From a virus: a DNA stretch of 29,410 bases. The number at the start of each line of letters is the position of its first letter. The first letter of the stretch is position 1. Location: UHGV virus genome UHGV-0009628. One strand, given 5' to 3'. The notes beneath the pieces were generated by a model that saw nothing but the letters and a program-made list of their open reading frames with translations, ran no database searches and was not told where the DNA came from. The position numbers and the translations under genes were made by a program. Shown piece after piece: positions 1 through 7,553 of this stretch.

Positions 1-50
1 TATCGATGTGGTCAATGGAAGACGGTTACCAGAGATAGGGCTTATGCATA

Positions 51-77
51 AAAAAATAAGCCCGTGTAAGGGAGATT
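51..77. other. P2-type attachment-site core at the prophage/host junction; bases 1-50 are presumed host flank
   Basis: AAAAAATAAGCCCGTGTAAGGGAGATT read directly at 51-77, matching my recollection of the 27-bp P2 att core; lies just outside the 3' end of int as in P2. Confidence 0.65.
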
Positions 78-156
78 TAGGGTGTCACCAGTAGGGGCTT
101 TCAACGGTACAATGCGGGTTTGAGCGGCATAAATTACCACTGAAAGCCCTTAAACG

Positions 157-1170
157 TTACTCTACTGTGGACACTGTGTGGACACTCTCGGCTTCAGTAC
201 CACCTCTTAGCGGATTAAGAGAAATGGCGTCCTGAAGGTACTCTGGCGCAAAATGAGCGTAAACCATAGTTTGCTCAATCCGCGTGTGACCTAGTATCCG
301 TTGTAGCGTGATAATACTTCCTCCATTAATCATGAAATGAGTGGCAAAGCTGTGCCTTAGTGCATGTGTGGCTTGCCCCGTTGGCAAATCCGGTTTTATT
401 GCTTTCATTGTTCGTCTGAAGCGAGGGTAATCAGCATCAGGGAATAAAAAACCTCGTTTGTTATCCGCGATCATTTTGGCAACAGCCTCTGAGATCGGGA
501 CGGTGCGTGGTTTGTTTGTTTTCGTTTTAACAAACGTGACGCGGTTATGGATGATATTTTCTGCTTTCAAACGAGCTGCTTCTCCCCAACGTGCTCCTGT
601 ACTCAGGCAAAGAATCGCAATCTTTTTGTTGTCGCCGTCAAGTGCTGCAAGCAGTAAGGCAATTTCTTCCTGTGTGAGATAGCCTGTTTCTGGTTTTTCC
701 TCCTTAAGCCTCTTTGTCCCTCTGATAGGGTGCTCACCAAAGAATAACTCCGCTTCAATCAGGGCTGTAAACATGCCGCTAATACATGTTAAATCACGAT
801 TGATACTCGAAGGTTTAATACCCTGACTTCTTCGGGTGGCGCAGTACTGGCTGATAAGGGATTTCGTGATTTGAAATGCGCATGGGTCATTCGTTATTTT
901 TGTGAAGATTTCAATTTTTCCAAGATTAGATTTCCCATGCTCTTCGTGTTTACCCTTTAAATCCCACCAGATCTGTGTCAGTTCCGACAGACGTCGTTTG
1001 TCTGTTGGTTTTGATAGCCATTCTTTATTGTGGTGGTTGTACAACGTGTATTTTTCGAAAGCGACAGCTTCGCTTTTCTTATCAAACTTCCTACGGATAC
1101 GTTTTCCGTTACGTCCAGTAGGGCGGATGTCCACTTCATATCGACCATCATCGAGTTTTTTGATTGCCAT
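157..1170 (-). CDS. int: Tyrosine integrase (P2 Int family)
   Basis: 337 aa, ATG start. C-terminal catalytic region HALRHSFATHFMINGGSIITLQRILGHTRIEQTMVYAHF carries the R..H-x-x-R...Y signature of tyrosine recombinases. Position adjacent to att core. Confidence 0.95.
   Translation of the reverse strand: MAIKKLDDGRYEVDIRPTGRNGKRIRRKFDKKSEAVAFEKYTLYNHHNKEWLSKPTDKRRLSELTQIWWDLKGKHEEHGKSNLGKIEIFTKITNDPCAFQITKSLISQYCATRRSQGIKPSSINRDLTCISGMFTALIEAELFFGEHPIRGTKRLKEEKPETGYLTQEEIALLLAALDGDNKKIAILCLSTGARWGEAARLKAENIIHNRVTFVKTKTNKPRTVPISEAVAKMIADNKRGFLFPDADYPRFRRTMKAIKPDLPTGQATHALRHSFATHFMINGGSIITLQRILGHTRIEQTMVYAHFAPEYLQDAISLNPLRGGTEAESVHTVSTVE
166..184. promoter_or_regulatory. Two direct TGTGGACA repeats (166-173, 177-184) one helical turn apart; candidate Int arm-type binding sites
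   Basis: Exact 8-bp direct repeat with 11-bp periodicity inside the 3' end of int, next to the att core. Assignment to Int binding is from recollection of P2 attP architecture and is an inference. Confidence 0.4.
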
Positions 1171-1285
1171 CAGAAAACCCTCCGAGTGGTACTTTTTTTT
1201 GCTACTACTAATCGCTTTTTTCGTGGTGGCTGAAATTTAGCCACCAATAGTAGGCACTTGTGATGAATATATTCGCGATAAATTG

Positions 1286-1585
1286 TTAACCAGTCTTTTG
1301 ACCGGAGTGGGGCGACGTTGTTTCGTTTTGCCCAAAGTGTGCGAGAGCGGGCGCAATTTGCCCGGCTTCTGGAGCTACCTGATCAGTCATGAACCACAAA
1401 GTATATTTAGTAAATCTGGGATGTTGTAAGACCTTCATTATGGCTTCAACTCCAGCGTTTTTTGACCGGCTCTCATAGCTCGAAAGTGAGCTGTAGGCTA
1501 CACCAGTTAATTCACTGAATTCTTTACGGTTTAACCTTTCAGATTCACGGATTAGCTTCAACTTCTCCGAAACGTCTATTGACAT
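1286..1585 (-). CDS. C: Immunity repressor C (P2 C-like)
   Basis: 99 aa from ATG at 1585 (track 123-aa form starts at an upstream TTG). Divergent from cox as in P2; C-terminus HFGQNETTSPHSGQKTG resembles the P2 C tail as I recall it. Confidence 0.85.
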   Translation of the reverse strand: MSIDVSEKLKLIRESERLNRKEFSELTGVAYSSLSSYESRSKNAGVEAIMKVLQHPRFTKYTLWFMTDQVAPEAGQIAPALAHFGQNETTSPHSGQKTG

Positions 1586-1706
1586 AATTACTCCGATTGC
1601 GTAATTTCTTGCTGATAGTGTGAAATGTTGCGCTTCTGGAGTTATCCTTTTAGGCAATAATTAGCCATTAGGAGCCATTAGAAGCACTAAGGGAGAATCG
1701 TAGCAG
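1586..1706. promoter_or_regulatory. C/cox intergenic developmental-switch region (expected Pc/Pe promoters and operators); contains direct repeat AGCCATTAG at 1663-1671 and 1674-1682
   Basis: 121-bp AT-rich divergent intergenic region between repressor and cox; 9-bp direct repeat with 11-bp spacing read from sequence. Promoter and operator positions not resolved. Confidence 0.5.
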
Positions 1707-1982
1707 ATGAATAGACAGCTTGTAAGCGTGACTGATGCCGTGCCTTATCAGGAGTTTGCAAAACTCATTGGTAAAACTCCAAGAGCTGTAAGGGGCATGA
1801 TTGAGAAAGGGAAATTACCAGTTATTGAGATTACTGACCCTCAGTCAGTATCGGGGCGTGCTGGTGAATATTGGGTATACCTTCCGGCATGGAATAACGG
1901 ACTAAAACTGGCTTATGAAAGCCGTCCTAAAGAGATTCGTGACGGCTGGTTGATGTGGTTAGGTCTCGGTGAACCACGTTAA
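1707..1982 (+). CDS. cox: Cox-like excisionase / repressor of Pc
   Basis: 91 aa, ATG with GGGAGAA SD; same length and position as P2 Cox; C-terminal half GRAGEYWVYLPAWNNGLKLAYESRPKEIRDGWLMWLGLGEPR matches P2 Cox as I recall it. Confidence 0.9.
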   Translation: MNRQLVSVTDAVPYQEFAKLIGKTPRAVRGMIEKGKLPVIEITDPQSVSGRAGEYWVYLPAWNNGLKLAYESRPKEIRDGWLMWLGLGEPR

Positions 1983-1992
1983 GGAGAACCGT

Positions 1993-2163
1993 ATGAATGA
2001 GCCTCGTTGTATTGCTCAGTTATTGCGTAACGAAAGCCCCAGGGCGATTGACTTCACCATCACCCACGGTAAGGGGCGTAAGGGAATCATTATCCGCACC
2101 AAAAAACAGAGTCCGTTAAAAAAGGCTCTGACCTTTCTGAAAAGCCGGAGGGTCTGGAAATGA
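1993..2163 (+). CDS. Small basic hypothetical protein in the P2 orf78 position
   Basis: 56 aa from ATG at 1993 preceded by AAGGAG (track start 1969 is further upstream). Stop overlaps B start (ATGA). Confidence 0.5.
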   Translation: MNEPRCIAQLLRNESPRAIDFTITHGKGRKGIIIRTKKQSPLKKALTFLKSRRVWK

Positions 2164-2660
2164 CAGTGATGACGCTCAATCTCGTTGAAAAACAGCCAGC
2201 AGCTATGCGCCGGATAATTGGTAAGCATCTGGCCGTCCCTCGCTGGCAGGAGACATGCGATTATTATAATCAGATGATGGAACGCGAACGGCTAACGGTT
2301 TGCTTCCATGCGCAGTTAAAACAGCGTCACGCAACGATGCGTTTTGAAGAAATGAACGACGTCGAACGTGAACGGCTGGTTTGTGCAATTGATGAACTGC
2401 GTGGGGCATTCTCAAAACGCCGTCAGGTCGGTGCAAGTGAGTATGCATATATTAGCTTTTTAACTGTCAGTCAGCGCCGTACTTTATTTATGCATGCCGG
2501 ATTGACTGAAAAAGAATTCAACCAGCCATACTGGCGAATTAATGAAGAATCATGTTACTGGCGTGATGCCTTATTCCGTGCATTACGTGAATTATTCAGC
2601 CTGTTTGAGTATGCACCGACAATTCTGACGTCGGTAAAACCAGAGCAATATCTGCATTAA
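2160..2660 (+). CDS. B: Replication protein B (helicase-loader-like)
   Basis: 166 aa, same length and position as P2 B, between cox and orf80-83/A. Confidence 0.85.
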   Translation: MTVMTLNLVEKQPAAMRRIIGKHLAVPRWQETCDYYNQMMERERLTVCFHAQLKQRHATMRFEEMNDVERERLVCAIDELRGAFSKRRQVGASEYAYISFLTVSQRRTLFMHAGLTEKEFNQPYWRINEESCYWRDALFRALRELFSLFEYAPTILTSVKPEQYLH

Positions 2661-2723
2661 GTAATTAACCAGAGTTTTTAACGCACTTAATTGTGCGGGG
2701 CTTCTTTTTGCCTGGAGAAAGTC

Positions 2724-2948
2724 ATGCATACAGTTTCTGAAAATCAGTGCGGTAAATACGCATTACTGCTGCAACAGGCCAGAACCGAAGCACAGGCCGA
2801 CGCAGCGACGCGCTTTTCTTCTCATCTTGACGCCATGATTCGCCACATCACAAAGGCGGAGTTATCCCGCGTAGAGATAGTCGAGCTGCTCAGTCAGGAG
2901 TCGGAAAAATTTCACAATATCGGATTGTCTCGCGGGGAGGTGCTTTGA
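2724..2948 (+). CDS. Early-operon hypothetical protein (orf80 position)
   Basis: 74 aa from ATG at 2724 with GGAG SD; track start 2691 is TTG. Synteny only. Confidence 0.6.
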   Translation: MHTVSENQCGKYALLLQQARTEAQADAATRFSSHLDAMIRHITKAELSRVEIVELLSQESEKFHNIGLSRGEVL

Positions 2949-3250
2949 TGTCCTGTTCTCGTTCAGTTGTATTACTGAATAACGCCTTAAAAATCACCGT
3001 TATGAAAAATGGCGATCTATCTCTTATTCAACTTGGTCTTGATAAAGAAAAACGCGAAATAACTGAGTCTGTTATCGCGATTTATCAGAACGAATTAAAT
3101 CTCCTGTCTGATGTGGTCAATTTACTTGTTAAACGCGCTGTATTTCACAAGCAAATCTCCTCCGTGGATGAACTGACGAAATTAACGACAGAAATTGCCA
3201 GCTATTGCGCTGATGAATTTAAAAAACTTAACGACAAAAGGAACTGGTAA
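2948..3250 (+). CDS. Early-operon hypothetical protein (orf81 position)
   Basis: 100 aa from ATG at 2948 (TGATG overlap with the preceding stop); track start 2945 is TTG. Synteny only. Confidence 0.6.
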   Translation: MSCSRSVVLLNNALKITVMKNGDLSLIQLGLDKEKREITESVIAIYQNELNLLSDVVNLLVKRAVFHKQISSVDELTKLTTEIASYCADEFKKLNDKRNW

Positions 3251-3474
3251 TGCCGGACAACGTAGATTTTATTCAGGAACAACAGGCTGAATTACTGGAG
3301 CGTCAGATTAACGCGGCAAGGGTAAAACATTGCGGAGCTTCTGCGCTGGTTTGCGAAGAGTGTGACGCGCCAATACCTGCTGCCCGTCGTGCGGCTTATC
3401 CGTCAGCCACGCGTTGTGTTTCCTGCCAGTCAGTCTTTGAAGCAAAAAACAAACATTACCGGAGAACGGCATGA
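3250..3474 (+). CDS. TraR/DksA-type C4 zinc-finger protein (orf82 position)
   Basis: 74 aa; two Cys pairs CEECDAPIPAARRAAYPSATRCVSCQ form a C-x2-C...C-x2-C finger; TAATG coupling with the upstream ORF. Confidence 0.75.
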   Translation: MPDNVDFIQEQQAELLERQINAARVKHCGASALVCEECDAPIPAARRAAYPSATRCVSCQSVFEAKNKHYRRTA

Positions 3475-3746
3475 GTATTCGTATTGAAATTGGCGAACGT
3501 TATGTCGTTACCAGTGACAGCTTTCAGTTTATTCTCCACGAGAAAAAGAGAGCGGAAAGCGGTAAAAACGCCGGTCAGGAATGGCTGGCGGTGGTTGGTT
3601 ATTATCCGAAATTAAGCCAGCTCGTTTCCGGCCTGATGCATCACGATATTCTGACCGGAAGCGCAAAGTCTTTTGCTGATTTAAACGCGCAGGTTGAGCA
3701 ACTCAGCAGGCGTTGTTCAGAGGCTTTTGGCTCATATGGCCGTTAA
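3471..3746 (+). CDS. Early-operon hypothetical protein (orf83 position)
   Basis: 91 aa, ATG with GGAGAA SD; stop overlaps the start of A. Confidence 0.6.
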   Translation: MSIRIEIGERYVVTSDSFQFILHEKKRAESGKNAGQEWLAVVGYYPKLSQLVSGLMHHDILTGSAKSFADLNAQVEQLSRRCSEAFGSYGR

Positions 3747-5811
3747 AGCCTCCGGGCGTTTTGTCCCTCCTTCAGCATTTGCTGCAGGCACCGGTAAGGC
3801 GTTTACCGGTGCTTATGCATGGAACGCGCCACGCGAGGCCGTCGGGCGCGAAAGACCCCTTACACGTGACGAGATGCGTCAGGTGCAAGGTGTTTTATCC
3901 ACGATTAACCGCCTGCCTTACTTTTTGCGCTCGCTGTTTACTTCACGCTATGACTACATCCGGCGCAATAAAAGCCCGGTACACGGGTTTTATTTCCTCA
4001 CATCCACTTTTCAGCGTCGTTTATGGCCGCGCATTGAGCGTGTGAATCAGCGCCATGAAATGAACACCGACGCGTCGTTACTGTTTCTGGCAGAGCGTGA
4101 CCACTATGCGCGCCTGCCGGGAATGAATGACAAGGAGCTGAAAAAGTTTGCTGCCCGTATCTCATCGCAGCTTTTCATGATGTATGAGGAACTCAGCGAT
4201 GCCTGGGTGGATGCGCATGGCGAAAAAGAATCGCTGTTTACGGATGAGGCGCAGGCTCACCTCTATGGTCATGTTGCTGGCGCTGCACGTGCTTTCAATA
4301 TTTCCCCTCTCTACTGGAAAAAATACCGTAAAGGGCAGATGACCACGAGGCAGGCATATTCTGCCATTGCCCGTCTGTTTAACGATGAGTGGTGGACTCA
4401 TCAGCTTAAAGGCCAGCGTATGCGCTGGCATGAAGCGTTACTGATAGCTGTCGGGGAGGTCAATAAAGACCGTTCTCCTTATGCCAGTAAACACGCCATT
4501 CGTGATGTGCGTGCGCGCCGCCAGGCAAATCTGGAATTTCTTAAATCGTGTGACCTTGAAAACAGGGAAACCGGCGAGCGCATCGACCTTATCAGTAAGG
4601 TGATGGGCAGTATTTCTAATCCTGAAATTCGCCGGATGGAGCTGATGAACACCATTGCCGGTATTGAGCGTTACGCCGCCGCAGAGGGTGATGTGGGGAT
4701 GTTTATCACGCTGACCGCGCCGTCAAAGTATCACCCGACTCGTCAGGTCAGAAAAGGCGAAAGTAAAACCGTTCAGCTTAATCACGGCTGGAACGATGAG
4801 GCATTTAATCCAAAGGATGCGCAGCGTTATCTCTGCCGTATCTGGAGCCTGATGCGCACGGCATTCAAGGATAATGATTTACAGGTCTACGGTTTGCGAG
4901 TCGTCGAGCCACACCACGACGGAACGCCGCACTGGCATATGATGCTTTTTTGTAATCCACGCCAGCGTAACCAGATTATCGAAATCATGCGTCGCTATGC
5001 GCTCAAAGAGGATGGCGACGAAAGAGGAGCCGCGCGAAACCGTTTTCAGGCAAAACATCTTAACCGGGGCGGTGCTGCGGGGTATATCGCGAAATACATC
5101 TCAAAAAACATCGATGGCTATGCACTGGATGGTCAGCTCGATAACGATACCGGCAGGCCGCTGAAAGATACTGCTGCGGCTGTTACCGCATGGGCGTCAA
5201 CGTGGCGCATCCCGCAATTTAAAACGGTTGGCCTGCCGACAATGGGGGCTTACCGTGAACTACGCAAATTGCCTCGCGGCGTCAGCATTGCTGATGAGTT
5301 TGACGAACGAGTTGAGGCTGCACGTGCCGCCGCAGACAGTGGTGATTTTGCGTTGTATATCAGCGCGCAGGGTGGGGCAAATGTTCCGCGTGATTGCCAG
5401 ACTGTCAGAGTCGCCCGTAGCCCGTCGGATGACGTTAACGAGTACGAGGAAGAAGTCGGGAGAGTGGTCGGCATTTACGCGCCGCATCTCGGCGCGCGTC
5501 ATATTCATATCACCAGAACGACGGACTGGCGCATTGTGCCGAAAGTTCCGGTCGTTGAGCCTTTGACTTTAAAAAGCGGCATCGCCGCGCCTCGGAGTCC
5601 TGTCAATAACTGTGGAAAGCTCACTGGTGGTGATACTTCGTTACCGGCTCCCACACCTTCTGAGCACGCTGCAGCAGTGTTGGATTTGATTGATATAGGG
5701 GTGGTTAGTTGGAATGATGCTGAGGTGATGACAGTTCTTAGGAAGAGATTAAAAGATTACTCACGGGAATTGATGGTATTCAAAGGAAGGGCTAGCCAAC
5801 GCCCAATCTGA
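3736..5811 (+). CDS. A: Rolling-circle replication initiator A (phiX174 gpA-like nickase)
   Basis: 691 aa from ATG at 3736 (track start 3694 is TTG). Motifs GTPHWHMMLF (HUH-type metal-binding His pair) and AAGYIAKYISKNIDG (catalytic Tyr pair) typical of RCR initiators; position after orf83 as in P2. Confidence 0.9.
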   Translation: MAVKASGRFVPPSAFAAGTGKAFTGAYAWNAPREAVGRERPLTRDEMRQVQGVLSTINRLPYFLRSLFTSRYDYIRRNKSPVHGFYFLTSTFQRRLWPRIERVNQRHEMNTDASLLFLAERDHYARLPGMNDKELKKFAARISSQLFMMYEELSDAWVDAHGEKESLFTDEAQAHLYGHVAGAARAFNISPLYWKKYRKGQMTTRQAYSAIARLFNDEWWTHQLKGQRMRWHEALLIAVGEVNKDRSPYASKHAIRDVRARRQANLEFLKSCDLENRETGERIDLISKVMGSISNPEIRRMELMNTIAGIERYAAAEGDVGMFITLTAPSKYHPTRQVRKGESKTVQLNHGWNDEAFNPKDAQRYLCRIWSLMRTAFKDNDLQVYGLRVVEPHHDGTPHWHMMLFCNPRQRNQIIEIMRRYALKEDGDERGAARNRFQAKHLNRGGAAGYIAKYISKNIDGYALDGQLDNDTGRPLKDTAAAVTAWASTWRIPQFKTVGLPTMGAYRELRKLPRGVSIADEFDERVEAARAAADSGDFALYISAQGGANVPRDCQTVRVARSPSDDVNEYEEEVGRVVGIYAPHLGARHIHITRTTDWRIVPKVPVVEPLTLKSGIAAPRSPVNNCGKLTGGDTSLPAPTPSEHAAAVLDLIDIGVVSWNDAEVMTVLRKRLKDYSRELMVFKGRASQRPI

Positions 5812-5950
5812 TTATGTTTTGTAATGATAAGTTAATGCTGAATGAGTGGCTCGCGCATAACCTTGCGGGAAAAAGAGCATATTATGTACAGTTTTGAGGT
5901 TGGCTAGAGGGGATGGGCGAGATAGTTTGTGTTTGTGTGGGTTTGAGAAG

Positions 5951-5968
5951 TTTGATGCGCACATCAAA
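5951..5968. promoter_or_regulatory. Perfect 18-bp palindrome TTTGATGcgcaCATCAAA, candidate operator
   Basis: 7-bp inverted arms with a 4-bp spacer, directly upstream of the candidate -35 of the cargo cassette promoter. Confidence 0.35.
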
Positions 5969-5970
5969 AA

Positions 5971-5999
5971 TTGATACAACTGATTGAAAAAATGATAAA
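5971..5999 (+). promoter_or_regulatory. Candidate sigma70 promoter for the cargo cassette (-35 TTGATA 5971-5976, 17-bp spacer, -10 GATAAA 5994-5999)
   Basis: Hexamer match and spacing read from sequence, about 40 bp upstream of the ORF1 ATG, which has an AAGGGGGGAAG SD. Confidence 0.35.
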
Positions 6000-6036
6000 A
6001 AAGCTGTTAAATGCGTCAGTTTTCTAAGGGGGGAAG

Positions 6037-7167
6037 ATGAAAAAAATAACCAAGAGAGAAAGAGAGAGAGATATTTTACGATCCTATTTACATCGTACAG
6101 GAAGAGATGTTGTATCTGCAGGGCGCTCTAAGATTAATCCTATTTCAAAAGCATCAAAAATAAATCGTTGGATAAATGCGCAAATTAAAGATGGATTAAA
6201 TTGCGAAATAAGGAAAAATAGAGACCTTTTCCTTACTTTACCTAAAAAGATGAACTTTTCAAGTAATTACCATCGTACAATGCAAGCCATACAAACGATT
6301 AGGCATCTTACAGGGCGGAAGATATTTAATAACCAATGTTACCGTCTTTGTTTTGTTGACTTTTCGAAGATTGAATATATTTCTGCATCTGCCGCATTGG
6401 TATTGACCGCGGAATTATCAAAATGGGATGATTCGGTAAGGCAACGCATTCGCCCAAAAGTGAAAACGTGGAATAAAAACATACTCTCTCAATTTGATGA
6501 GTTGGGTTTTTTTGACTTATTTAGAAATAAAGATAGTTTTGAGCTTGAAAAAGAAAAGGAACCAAGTAATATCCGTTTTGTTAAGTATATGAAAGGACAT
6601 TTACATGATGATGAAAAAACTCAGCATTTAAAAAAAGAAATAAAGCGTATTGTGGGAGAAGACCTTGGTAAATGGACTTTCCTATACAGTGGTTTGTCCG
6701 AAGCTATTACAAATGTTGTTCATCATGCTTATCCAGATAATAAAGGCTATCATGAGCATGATAAAAAATGGTATTTAACTGCTTCATATGATAGTTCAAG
6801 TAGAATAATAAAAGTAGTGTTTTATGATCAAGGTATTACAATTCCTGGGTCTTTGCCGGAATCTAAACTCCATGAAAAGGTTTTAAATTACCTTTCGAAG
6901 TTACCGCTTGCAGAACGAAAAAGAGATGAACAATTGTTAAAGGCTGCAGTTGAAATCAAACGTTCTAGTACGGGGGAAGAGGATCGGGGTAAAGGCTTGC
7001 AGGACTTGTTGGAGTTCATAAAGCAACGTGGTGAAGGTTATCTTTCAATTATGAGTGGTAAAGGCCTTTACAAATACTCACAACATGATAAAAAATCTGA
7101 GGTAAAATCAGTAAGCTTCGCTCTGCCTGTTTGTGGTACACTTATAGTATGGAGTACAAAGCTATGA
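6037..7167 (+). CDS. Cargo ORF1: GHKL-superfamily ATPase/kinase-like protein (C-terminal half resembles RsbW/SpoIIAB-type anti-sigma-factor kinases), N-terminal about 200 aa unknown
   Basis: 376 aa, ATG with strong SD; about 33% GC against a GC-rich backbone. N-box-like LSEAITNVVHHAY (aa 220-232), G1-like YDQGITIPG (aa 262-270), G2-like RGKGLQDLLEF (aa 317-327). Motif-level recognition only. Confidence 0.6.
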   Translation: MKKITKRERERDILRSYLHRTGRDVVSAGRSKINPISKASKINRWINAQIKDGLNCEIRKNRDLFLTLPKKMNFSSNYHRTMQAIQTIRHLTGRKIFNNQCYRLCFVDFSKIEYISASAALVLTAELSKWDDSVRQRIRPKVKTWNKNILSQFDELGFFDLFRNKDSFELEKEKEPSNIRFVKYMKGHLHDDEKTQHLKKEIKRIVGEDLGKWTFLYSGLSEAITNVVHHAYPDNKGYHEHDKKWYLTASYDSSSRIIKVVFYDQGITIPGSLPESKLHEKVLNYLSKLPLAERKRDEQLLKAAVEIKRSSTGEEDRGKGLQDLLEFIKQRGEGYLSIMSGKGLYKYSQHDKKSEVKSVSFALPVCGTLIVWSTKL

Positions 7168-7553
7168 TTACTAGATTGGTTGCTAGCCTCATGAAAACAT
7201 TGAAGATTGGTTCAGAGTTCTCGAAAGTTCCCAGAGGCCGCTATCGTACTGACGGGACAGCAAGTGGTGAACGGTTTAGAGAAGATTTCTTAAGAAAGCG
7301 TCTAAGCTTGCTTTCTGCTGGGGAAAAATTGCAGATAGTCATCGATGATGATGTCGAAGGATATGGTTCGTCTTTTTTGGTGGAGGGCTTTGCGGGCATG
7401 GTAAAATATGGATATATGCATGCCAATGAGTTATTGTCTAAAATTGAAATTAAATATACTAATCCTGATTTTGATTTCTATAAAAAGAAAATAGAACAAT
7501 ATATCAACGAGGCGCAGTTTAATTCGAAACGATATGAGCCAACAGTCGAATAA
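7164..7553 (+). CDS. Cargo ORF2: small STAS-like (DUF4325-like) protein, candidate partner of the ORF1 kinase/ATPase
   Basis: 129 aa from ATG at 7164 (ATGA overlap with ORF1 stop, GGAG SD 10 nt upstream; track start 7131 is TTG). Segment SGERFREDFLRKRLSLLSAGEKLQIVIDDDVEGYGSSFLVEGFAGMV resembles the anti-sigma-antagonist/STAS pattern around the phospho-Ser. Confidence 0.5.
   Translation: MITRLVASLMKTLKIGSEFSKVPRGRYRTDGTASGERFREDFLRKRLSLLSAGEKLQIVIDDDVEGYGSSFLVEGFAGMVKYGYMHANELLSKIEIKYTNPDFDFYKKKIEQYINEAQFNSKRYEPTVE

Noticed and set aside
1-156. Possible tRNA gene at the integration site
   Set aside because: No tRNA-like cloverleaf recognised by eye, and P2-type integrases are not known to target tRNA genes; an inspection-level judgement only.
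1286-1657. Longer 123-aa form of repressor C (and similar upstream extensions of P, O, L, X, G, A, ogr, orf80, orf81 in the ORF track)
   Set aside because: These track starts are TTG/GTG codons without an SD; the in-frame ATG with SD gives the P2-like length in each case.
3713-4045. 110-aa plus-strand ORF in an alternative frame
   Set aside because: Overlaps the 5' region of A in another frame; A is well supported by catalytic motifs and synteny.
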